DNA from: an uncultured Chloroflexia bacterium
Lineage (GTDB): Bacteria > Chloroflexota > Anaerolineae > CG2-30-64-16
NCBI GenBank assembly: GCA_963774265.1
Contig: CAVZDU010000007.1
Coordinates: forward strand, 64,001 to 128,000
DNA: 64,000 bases
Reading direction: 5' to 3'
Program-made: the position numbers and the translations under genes
Shown here: positions 29,439-38,590 of the stretch, piece after piece
Numbering within the stretch: position 1 is the stretch's first letter
Layout of the letters: each line of letters begins with the position of its first letter
The notes under the pieces: model-generated
Seen by the model: only the letters and a program-made list of their open reading frames with translations
The model's database searches: none
What the model was told of the DNA's origin: nothing

Positions 29439-31559
29439 ACGTAGAACACCACCCTCTTCTCCGTAGGCGAGTCCGTCAGTCCGTCACTCATTTCGGGGGG
29501 GATAACCAACAAATATTTTTTTCTCAAGTCATGGGGGCTCGGCAGGACGTTCGTCTCCGCGGGCATGGGTTCGCCGGTCACCAGCCGCGTCGTCTTCCCG
29601 TAGTGCTTCTTCCTGCCCTGTGGATCGCCCTTTTCGTTGGCCAGGTCGATCAGGTACTCCGCGTCCAGCGCGACGCGGACGCGGCGCCTGGCCGCGGAGT
29701 CGTCGATGCCCAGGCGGCCGGCCAGCTCCTGGATCGAGACGGCCTTTTCGGTCTCCCCGTAGATCTCGGCCACTGCGTCGACGGCCGCGCGCACCGCGGG
29801 CGACACGCTCGCCTTGACGCCCTCGTTAACCGTTCCGATCGCCAGGTCATAGACGGCCGCGTAGTCGTCCAGAGTCGCAATGATGCTGCCGTGCTCGTTG
29901 CGCTCGCGCGTCGCCTGGTGCAGGATGGCATGGCTGCGGACCAGGCTCAGCACCGCGCTCGAAGTCGCGGCGGATGCGCACCGCGCGCGGGTCGCTCAGG
30001 CTGGCCAGCTCGGCCGCATAAGGGATCGTGACCTCATGGCAGCCGGCGATGGCCAGCCACGTCTGCAGCGCGTGCCAGGGCGCCAGGTCCACAGTCTGCG
30101 GCTCGCGGCCGCTGGCCCGGTCTGCCAGGGTCCGCAGGATGCCTGCGGTCTGCACGCGGTCGTCGCGGACCGTCAGCGACAGCATCCGGGTCTCGTTCTC
30201 CGGGTGGATCGCGTTCCAGGTCGTCGTGAGCAGCAGGCCAGTGGGTCCGGCCCGCTCTATGAGCTTCGGCTTCAGGCCGTCGTTGGTCTTTTCGACCGTC
30301 AGGTAGCGCAGGCACGCCTCGGACAGCAGGCTGCGCAGCAGGTAGGTCGCCAGCTCGCCGCCCACGCCCGCGGCTTCGTAGATGACCAGGAAGCGGTGGG
30401 CCAGCGGCTCCTCATCGTAGGCCAGCGCGCGCTCGCTCATGCTGGACAGCGTATAGTAGGCATCCGGCGGAAAGCACTTCAGCACGGTCTCGACCGTGAA
30501 GCTCTTGCCGCCCGAAGAAGGCCCCTTCACCGCGACGCTGACCGGGCGCTCCAGAAAGCGCGAGACCAGGGCCAGGTAGAGCAGCTTGGCGTTGTGCTCC
30601 TCACCCACCAGGCCCAGGCGCCCGCACAGGGCGCCGAACTCGTCCAGGATGGACGGCGCCTTCAGCAGACCACCGGCAGCGCGCGCGGCGCCCCTGGCGG
30701 TCTCGTCCAACGTCTCGGCTCGCAGCTCCGCGTAGGGTTGGCTGGTGGCCTTCAGGCGGGCGATCAGCGCGGGCACATGCTCGCCGGCGATGTGCGCGGC
30801 CGAGATGTCCTTATAGGCCGCGGGCGCCGCGATCACGCGCAGGTGAGGGACATCCGCGCCGATCCTGGCGATGAATTTCGCGCCGGCCTCGTCGGGCTCC
30901 TGCCAGGCATAGACGGTGCGGCCCGCGATGTGCTGCGCCCATTCCCCACGCCAGTTCGCCGCGCCCGGCACGCCCAGGGCCGGGATGCCGTGATAGACGA
31001 GCGTCTGCGTGTCGCTTTCGCCTTCGACCAGCAGCACGTCCTCCGCGTCCTTGTCCAGCCGCCAGAGGCCGTACAGGTTCAGCTTGCTGCCGGCCGCCAT
31101 GCGAAACTTGTCCCGGCCGTCGAGTGCGATGCGAAGCCTGACGCACAGCTCCGCGCCCTCCTTGTCCAGGTAGGGCATGCGCAGGCTGGAGGTCTGATTA
31201 TGCTTGCGCTCGCTGACGTTGAAGACGGTCCGGAGGAACTCCTCCGGCAGGTGCTTCGCCGCCGCGTACGCGGCCAGGGAAATATTTTTATCTGCTATCC
31301 CCCCCGAAACGAGTGACGGACTGACGGACTTCAGGTCGACCTCGAGGCGCCGGGCCAGCTGGACCAGCCCGCCCTTTGCCTGGCAGCTGAAGCACATGTA
31401 GCCGTGTTCCGACACCGTGAAGCTGCCGGTATGCGAGTCCGCGTGAAAGGGGCACAGCGGCCAGTATTCGCCCTTGCGGTCCGGCCACCTGGCAGGCGGC
31501 GCGTCGCCGCGGTCCAGGCGGGGCAGGATGGCGTCAAGTGCGGCTTTGGCATCAAACAT
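29435..31559 (-). CDS. primase-helicase fusion (CHC2 Zn finger, TOPRIM, P-loop ATPase, C-terminal wHTH); frameshift near 29955
   Basis: CPFHAD...CFSC, LLVEGESD, EPDEAG, GPSSGGKS. Confidence 0.85.
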
Positions 31560-31595
31560 GATCGACTCCTTTGCTATGTTCAGGCGCCGGCCGCG

Positions 31596-31958
31596 TCACC
31601 GCGGCAGCACCTCCTGGGCTCTGTGCCACCATCCCCCGTCATCATTGATGCCGGTCAGCACCACGATCCGGACGAGCCGGCCGGCGAGCTCCTCGCTGTC
31701 GAAGTCCCAGTTGTTGGGGATCGCCCAACCGCCGAGCGCGGCCTGGGTCCAGCGGTACAGTTTGGTCCTGGGGGAGAAACGGCAGTTCGTCCGTCCGCTG
31801 ACGCTGCGGCCCTTGTGCTCGCCCGTCTGGATCGTGAACCTGAAGCGGAGCTGCTCGCTGAACTGCCCGGGCACCTGCTCGATGCTCTCGATGCTTGCCA
31901 CATACTCGCCCGCCGGCATGCGTTCGATAACCGCGGTCTGCTTGATCCGGATGCCCAT
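31596..31958 (-). CDS. phage-type ssDNA-binding/replication protein (putative)
   Basis: PAGEYVASIESIE...LRFRFTI...SPRTKLYRW pattern; strong RBS; directly upstream of the primase. Confidence 0.55.
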   Translation of the reverse strand: MGIRIKQTAVIERMPAGEYVASIESIEQVPGQFSEQLRFRFTIQTGEHKGRSVSGRTNCRFSPRTKLYRWTQAALGGWAIPNNWDFDSEELAGRLVRIVVLTGINDDGGWWHRAQEVLPR

Positions 31959-32012
31959 CGTTGCCTTCCTTTCCTCCCGCGTCTGCCGTGATCGATACAA
32001 TAGTTCTGCTAC

Positions 32013-32042
32013 ATCATAAGGGCAAAAGAACACACGTGTCAA
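32013..32042 (-). promoter_or_regulatory. promoter of the replication module
   Basis: TTGACA-N18-TATGAT. Confidence 0.7.
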
Positions 32043-32085
32043 TGGGTTTGAAGGGGGTTTTTGAGAAAAGTGGAGAAGTCAAGAG

Positions 32086-32127
32086 TGTACACTTATTAAC
32101 TCTGTACAGTTATTAACTCTGTACAGT
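32086..32127. repeat. 17-bp tandem direct repeat
   Basis: ttattaactctgtacag at 32093-32109 and 32110-32126; TGTACA recurs three times at a 17-bp period. Confidence 0.9.
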
Positions 32128-32255
32128 CTTGTTCTAATAGGCGCGGGTCGGCGTCCGGGCGATTGACCCGCGCGGCCGACCATGCTAAAATCGCTGCCAG
32201 AACACACGGCAAATCGCCAGATAGCGTTAACCAGCCACCACACCGTGAGGCGCCG

Positions 32256-35200
32256 ATGACGTCATCGCCGATGACCGCTCCCGCCGAGATCGTCCAACTC
32301 GTCGAGCTCTTCAAGAGCAACTGCGACCAGTACCATTCCCCCGCGTTCAGCGAGGCGGCGGTCCGCCACCAGTTCATCGACCCCTTCTTCGCCAGCCTCG
32401 GCTGGGATGTAAACAACATGCAGGGCTATGCGGAGCAGTACAAAGAGGTGGTCCACGAGGACAAGGTCAAGGTGAGCGGCGCGACCAAGGCGCCCGACTA
32501 CTCCTTCCGCATCGGCAAGGAGCGCAAGTTCTTCGTCGAGGCCAAGAAGCCCGCGGTGGACATCCAGACCGAGATCGAGCCCGGCGTACCAGCTCCGCCG
32601 CTATGCGTGGAGCGCCAAGCTGCCGCTTTCGATCCTCACCGACTTCGAGGAGCTGTCCGTCTACGACTGCCGCTCCAAGCCGGACTGAGACCGACAAGGC
32701 CTCCGCGGGCCGCATCCTGCTGCTGAACTACCAGGAGTATCGCCAGCCGCTGGGACGAGATCGCGGGCGTGTTCGCGCAAGGCTGCGGTGTGGCAGGGCG
32801 CGCTGGACAAGTTCGCGGAGGCCAAGGCGGGCAAGCGCGGCACCGCGGAGGTGGACGACGAGTTCCTGGCCGAGATCGAGCGCTGGCGCGAGCTGCTGGC
32901 GCGCAACCTGGCGCTGCGCAACCCCGCGCTGAGCGGCCGCGACCTGAACTGGGCCGTCCAGCAGATCATCGACCGCATCGTCTTCCTGCGCATCTGCGAG
33001 GCGCGCGACCTGGAGACGTTCGAGCAGTTGCGCGCGCTGCTCAACGGCGGCGCAGACCTACGAGCGGCTGCAGGAGCTCTTCCGCCACGCGGACATGCGC
33101 TACAACTCCGGGCTGTTCCACTTCGAGCACGAGAGGGACCGCGCCGAGGCGCCCGACACCCTCACCCCGGGCCTGGCCATCGACGACAAGGTGCTCAAGG
33201 ACATCATCGAGCACCTCTACTACCCGCGAGAGCCCCTACGAGTTCTCCGTGCTGCCCGCCGACATCCTGGGCCAGGTCTACGAGCGGTTCCTGGGCAAGG
33301 TCATCCGCCTGACCCCGGGCCGGCAGGTGAAGATCGAGGAGAAGCCGGAGGTGCGCAAGGCGGGCGGCGTCTTCTACACGCCCACCTACATCGTGGACTA
33401 CATCGTGCGGCAGACCGTGGGCCCGCTGCTGGAGGGCAAGACGCCTGCGCAGGTAGGGGCACGCCTGCGGGGCCCCCCGGAGCGGGTGCCGCACACGCGA
33501 CGGCGCCGCGACCGCAGGGTCGCCTCTGCGCATCCTGGACGCGGCGTGCGGGTCCGGCTCGTTCCTGCTGGGCGCGTACCAGTTCCTGCTGGACTGGCAC
33601 CTGGCGCGAATACCTCAAGGACCCCGACCGCTGGCTGAAGGGCAGGCGGCCGCCGCAGCCGGCGAGCGGCGACAGGAGCGACCGGCGGCGACGTGGCGGC
33701 TGACCATCGAGCGAGCGCAAGCGCATCCTGATGAACAACATCTACGGCGTGGACATCGACCCGCAGGCCGTGGAGGTGACCAAGCTCTCGCTGCTGCTCA
33801 AGGTGCTGGAGGGCGAGGAGGCTGGCCAGCGCAGCATGTCGTTGCTGCCCGAGCGCGTGCTGCCCGACCTGGGGCGCAACATCAAGTGCGGCAACTCGCT
33901 GATCGGGCCGGACTTCTACGACGGGCAGGCTGGCCCTGCCGGACGAGGAGACCGTGCGTCGCGTCAACGTGTTCGACTGGAGGGCGGAGTTCCCCGAGGC
34001 GATGGCGGCGGGCGGGTTCGATGCGGTGATCGGGAATCCGCCGTATATCCGCATCCAGACGCTGCAGGAGTGGGCGCCGCTGGAGGTGGAGTACTACAAG
34101 CGCGCTACCGCGGCGGCGAGCAAGGGCAACTACGACATCTACGTGGTGTTCGTGGAGAAGGGGCTGCAACTGCTGAACGAGCGCGGCCGACTCGGCTTCA
34201 TCCTGCCGCACAAGTTCCTGACAACGGACTATGGTCGGCCACTGCGAGAAATCATCACTGACAGGAAAGCGTTGGGCGCAATTGTGGATTTTGGGCATCA
34301 TCAGGTTTTCGAGCAAGCCACGACCTATACCTGCTTGCTCTTTCTGACTGGCTCACCAAGCAAGGCCCTTCTTTATGTGAGTGCAGAACCGAGGCCGGAG
34401 AACCTCGGTCAAACACTTGAATACCGAACGCTAGCAACCGATGCTTTCGACGGCGACTCTTGGGTTATCACCGGTGATGCCTCCCCCGCCATTTACGAAC
34501 GACTGTCCAGCAAAGGGGTTGCTCTTCTGAACCTGCCTGCAGAGATGAGCAGAGGTTCGAGCACGGGCGACGATAGTGTTTTCGTTCTCCATGTCACCGA
34601 TCAGGAAGGCGTCTACCGTACTGGAGATGGAGAAACAATCGAGATTGAGGCTGGCGTTTTGAGGATGCCCATCTTCGCAACCGACTTCGGACGTTATCGC
34701 TTCAATCCGCATAATGGAAAGGCTATCGTCTTTCCATATGGTAATGACGCCCAACTGATACCTGAGGATAAACTGCGCTCTCAATTTCCCAAGGCGTTCA
34801 GATATCTGACTGCACGACGACGGTCACTCGAAAAGCGTAAACAATTCAAGGCATGGTACGGGTACAGCGCCCCACGCAATCTGATCCTCCATGATTCGGC
34901 ACACTTCGTTGTACCACTTCTTGCTGACCGGGGTCTCTTTGCGGAATTGCCGGAGACGCTGAACAGGCTATGCCTCATGGCCGGCGGTGGCTTCAGTATC
35001 ACGCTTTCCAACGCCACAGGGCTGAACACACGATACGTCCTAGGCCTCTTGAATTCCCGCTTGCTCTTCTGGCGACTTAACGCGATTAGTAACAAGTTCA
35101 GAGGCGGCTGGATTACGTGCACGAAGCAGTACGTCGGAACCCTTCCCATCCGCACCATCGACTTCGCGGATCCTGCTGACGTCGCGCGGCACGACCGGAT

Positions 35201-35381
35201 GGTCGCGCTGGTCACGCAGATGCTCGACCTGTACAAGCGGCTGGCCGCGGAGGGCGCACCTCCCGAGAAGGCCGCGCTCCAACGCCGCATCGAGATGACG
35301 GACCGGCAGATCGACGCGCTGGTGTACGAGCTGTACGGGTTGACGCAGGAGGAGATCGTGGTGGTGGAGGGGACAGGGTAG
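32256..35381 (+). CDS. type IIG restriction-modification enzyme (HsdR_N-like nuclease, N6-adenine MTase, Eco57I/TaqI-C TRD); multiple frameshifts
   Basis: PDYSF...FFVEAKKP nuclease, GVFYTP, ILDAACGSGSFL, IYGVDID, IGNPPY, IDALVYELYGLT. Confidence 0.9.
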
Positions 35382-35638
35382 GGACGAAGCATTCCACGGG
35401 GCGATCGTCCTGTGCTGTGTGAGGTTCATGGGAGGTTAGCAGTGCCTGCAGGTTTGCGTTCGGCGCAAGCCATGAGCGCCGCCCGCAAAGCGGGCCTCGG
35501 CCCCGGGTGAGCGGAGAGGGAGCCGCGCGCCAGGCTGAACAGCACGGCGCCTATTGCATTCACACGCGTGTCAGGTGCCCGCATAGCGATAGGTGACAAG
35601 CGTCTTTGGAGAGACACCTTCACCCTCTTTGGCCAGAG

Positions 35639-35670
35639 GGGAGGACGACTTACTGTCGCCCTCCTTTTTT
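35639..35670 (+). terminator. intrinsic terminator
   Basis: ggaggacgac-ttact-gtcgccctcc followed by tttttt. Confidence 0.6.
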
Positions 35671-35685
35671 CATCCCATCCATCTC

Positions 35686-36583
35686 TCAGAGAGCGACCCC
35701 GGCCGGCACGATAAACCGCGCCGCACCCGGCAGCACCCGTGCGTGCACCGGCCCGGGCGGCAGCACCTCACCATCGACTTGCACCGGTTGCACCGGCGTG
35801 GCCTCGATCCGCACCTCTCGGCCCTGCCAAAGGTCGTAGGGCGCGGCCTGCTCGTCGTGGAGCACCACAGCACGCGGCCAGGGAGACGAGCGCGGGCAGG
35901 CTTTTGCTGTGGAAGATCAGCAGTCCCAGCGTGCCGCTGCTGAGGGTGATGCTGGGAGCGACCGTTACGCCGGGGATGCCAAATTGGCCGGAATTCAGGA
36001 GCAGACAACTCACTCCCTCCGTTTCGAATGACTCACCGTCAAGCGTGACCTTGTACTGGACCGTCGCCGCGTTGTGCAGCGCCTGGATCGATGAGAAGAA
36101 GTAGGCCAACACACCCAGCCTGTTCTTCAGCTCCCGATCTGCGGTCTCCGCCATCTCACCTGGGACTCCGATGCCCACGCCGACCAGGAAGCACTCGTCA
36201 CCCAGCATGCCTACGTCGACCTGGCGCACGCTGCATTCGTCGCACGTCAGCAGACGGGCGGCGGCAGCCAGATCCACGGGTACGTCGAGGGCCACTGCTA
36301 CGGCGTTCGCCGTGCCCCCGGGCAGGATGAGGATGGGGATCTCCGTTCGGAGCAGGCCGGTCGTCACCTCGCGCACCGTCCCGTCTCCGCCATACACCGC
36401 AACCGCGTCAACGCCCTTCGCAGCGGCCGCGCGCGCGAGCCTCGTGCCGTCGCCAGCTTCCTTGGTGAGAAACATCTCCCACTCGATGCCGGCATCGCGA
36501 AAGACAGAATTGAGCGTCTTCAGGATCGGCCGGTCTTGACCCGACGCGGGGTTAACGATAACGTGGATGCGCTGGAATTTCAC
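35686..36583 (-). CDS. diacylglycerol/lipid kinase (YegS/DAGK family); frameshift near 35870
   Basis: IVNPASG, GGDGT, PGGTAN; VQVDGE in the second frame. Confidence 0.88.
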
Positions 36584-36615
36584 GGTACGCTCCTGTCACA
36601 TTTTGGCGGGCCGAC

Positions 36616-38007
36616 CTACACCAGCGGCTCGAACCGCGCCTGGAAGAAACGCAGATACTTCGGCTCGACCACCATCTTCAGCCCGCGCGTGCCCGCCCGC
36701 GCGTCGTAGACGGCCTTCACCGCCTCCGCGGTGACATCCATGTGCGCCTGGGTGTACACGCGGCGCGGGATGGTCAGGCGCACCAGCTCCAGCTTGGGCC
36801 GGTTGTGGTCGCCCGTCTGCGGGTTGCGGCCCGCGCTGACGATGCCACGCTCCATGGCGCGGATGCCGCTGTCAAGGTACAGCTCCGCGGCGAGGGTCTG
36901 CGCGGGGAACTCATCCTGCGGCATCTGTGGGTAGAACCGCTTCGCATCCAGAAAGATCGCGTGCCCTCCGATGGGCCGCACGATCGGCACATCCCAATCC
37001 GCCAATAGCTCGCCCAGGTAGCGCACCTGGCCGATGCGGGATCGCATGTGATCGTCCTGCACCTGTTCCTCGATCCCGATGGCCAGCGCCTCCATGTCGC
37101 GGCCGGCCATGCCGCCGTAGGTGTGCAGCCCCTCGAACACCACGACCCAGTTCGCCGCGATGTCATACACATCCTGGCTGTTCACCGCCAGCCAGCCGCC
37201 GATATTGACCAGGCTGTCCTTCTTCGCGCTCATCCATGCGCCGTCAGTATAGGAGCAGAACTCCTTGAGGATGGCTGCGATGGGCATATCCGCGTAGCCC
37301 GGCTCGCGTTCCTGGATGAAGAACGCGTTCTCCGCCATGCGCGTCGCGTCCAGGTAGAGCGCGATGCCGTACTTGTCGCACAGGCTTCGCACCGCGACCA
37401 CGTTCTCCATGCTGACGGGCTGCCCGCCGGCCATATTGACCGTGCCGGCCAGGCTGACGTAGCGCACCTTTTCCGCGCCCCAACGGTCGATCACGGCTTG
37501 CAGCTTCCCGAGGTCGACATTGCCCTTGAACGGGTGCTCGTTTTGCGGCTCGTGCGCTTCGTCGATGATAACGTCGACGAACGTGCCGCCCTGCAGCTCT
37601 TGATGGGCGCGCGTCGTGGTGAAGTACATGTTGCCGGGGATCACGTCGCCGGGCTGGATCAGCGCTCGGCTGATCAGATGCTCCGCGCCGCGGCCCTGGT
37701 GCGTGGGCACAACGTACTTGTACCCGTAGTATTTCCGGACGTTGGCTTCGAGATGGTAGAAGTTGCGGCTGCCGGCATACGCTTCATCGCCCAGCATGAG
37801 ACCGGCCCATTGGCGGTCGCTCATGGCGCTGGTGCCCGAGTCAGTAAGGAGGTCGATGTAGACATCCTCGGATTTGAGCAGGAAGGTGTTGTAGCCGGCG
37901 TCGCGGATGGCGCGCTCGCGCTCCGGCCGGGTGGTCATCTTGATGGGCTCGACCATCTTGATCTTCCACGGTTCTGCCCACGAGCGCCTGCCGAACTGCT
38001 GGCCCAT
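36616..38007 (-). CDS. tpl: tyrosine phenol-lyase (true start may be 38033 with an indel)
   Basis: DLLTDSGT, MSAKKD (PLP lysine); TPL-type YFTTTR, MERG and LRFF rather than tryptophanase FDTT/LRHF. Confidence 0.9.
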   Translation of the reverse strand: MGQQFGRRSWAEPWKIKMVEPIKMTTRPERERAIRDAGYNTFLLKSEDVYIDLLTDSGTSAMSDRQWAGLMLGDEAYAGSRNFYHLEANVRKYYGYKYVVPTHQGRGAEHLISRALIQPGDVIPGNMYFTTTRAHQELQGGTFVDVIIDEAHEPQNEHPFKGNVDLGKLQAVIDRWGAEKVRYVSLAGTVNMAGGQPVSMENVVAVRSLCDKYGIALYLDATRMAENAFFIQEREPGYADMPIAAILKEFCSYTDGAWMSAKKDSLVNIGGWLAVNSQDVYDIAANWVVVFEGLHTYGGMAGRDMEALAIGIEEQVQDDHMRSRIGQVRYLGELLADWDVPIVRPIGGHAIFLDAKRFYPQMPQDEFPAQTLAAELYLDSGIRAMERGIVSAGRNPQTGDHNRPKLELVRLTIPRRVYTQAHMDVTAEAVKAVYDARAGTRGLKMVVEPKYLRFFQARFEPLV

Positions 38008-38175
38008 GGTGCGGGGGTGTTCTCGTCGTTCATATTCGCTCCTTACGCCGTCGTAGGTGAGGACATGAGGATAGCAGGTGCAGCCCTGAGTGTGCAAATT
38101 GAAGATTGAAGATCAATCCGGACTCCGGTATCTTGCCGAAAAACCGCTTCGTGTGATAGAGTGTTGAGGTGGTAA

Positions 38176-38543
38176 GGGCCCCTAGCTCAGCGGTTAGAGC
38201 GGCCGGCTCGTGACGGACGGTCCGTCAAGGGCTGCCCGGCGGGTGACTGCCGGGTGATTACCTGCCAAACTCGGGGAAGCCTAAGTCATTCTGGTATGGT
38301 GATCCCGAGCCAAGCCCCTTCACAGGGGAAGGTGTAGAGACTAGACGGCAGGCGCCCGACGGGGGCGGCATTAATCCGACCCCACAGGGTGAAGGGATAG
38401 TCCAGCCCACAAACTCGTTTCCGGTTGCGTCTGGGGTTTCCATCTTGTGTGGAGCTCCCCGGTCGAACGGGAGTCGCGGGGCGGCGAAAGCCGTAGTGGG
38501 AAGCATAACCGGTTGGTCCTGGGTTCGAATCCCGGGGGGCCCA
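38176..38543 (+). tRNA. intron-containing tRNA-CAT, probably tRNA-Ile2 (exons 38176-38208 and 38504-38543)
   Basis: Joined exons give a complete 73-nt cloverleaf: GGGCCCC/GGGGCCC-A acceptor, gccgg-ctCATaa-ccggt anticodon arm, TTCGAAT. Confidence 0.93.
38209..38503 (+). ncRNA. group I self-splicing intron, 295 nt, no ORF
   Basis: Follows U and ends in G; P AAACTCGGGGAA, Q ATCCCGAGCCAA, R GTAGAGACTAGACGG, S AAGGGATAGTCC; P3 cctgcc/ggcagg, P7 gacta/tagtc, P2 with GUGA tetraloop. Confidence 0.93.
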
Positions 38544-38545
38544 CT

Positions 38546-38578
38546 AAAAGCGAAGCCGCCAGCGCTTCGTTTTTATTT
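38546..38578 (+). terminator. terminator after the tRNA
   Basis: aaaagcgaagc-cgccagc-gcttcgtttttattt. Confidence 0.65.
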
Positions 38579-38590
38579 AAGGAGTCTTTG

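Larger units (their letters stand above)
28793..35400. mobile_element. tRNA-Gly-adjacent satellite/integrative element remnant (replication module plus type IIG R-M)
   Basis: Primase-helicase, SSB-like gene and R-M gene next to a tRNA 3' end; no integrase or att duplicate seen; right boundary approximate. Confidence 0.6.

Noticed and set aside
29880-31316. Long antisense ORFs (this one, 37048-38109, 38573-39610, 47873-49057 and others)
   Set aside because: Shadow ORFs of high-GC genes on the opposite strand, with no motifs
32086-32127. CRISPR array
   Set aside because: Repeats are contiguous with no spacers, and no cas genes are present
35380-35700. attR duplicate of the tRNA-Gly 3' end
   Set aside because: No copy of GGTTCGAATCCCGTTACCCGC found by eye
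36616-38007. Tryptophanase tnaA with a tnaC-like leader
   Set aside because: Active-site signatures are TPL-type, and the short upstream ORF MSSPTTA has no Trp or Tyr
38447-38590. N-terminal extension of the DUF362 ORF, and ORFs 38258-38506 and 38371-38634
   Set aside because: They overlap the intron and tRNA exon; no LAGLIDADG/HNH/GIY-YIG motif; the real RBS precedes 38591
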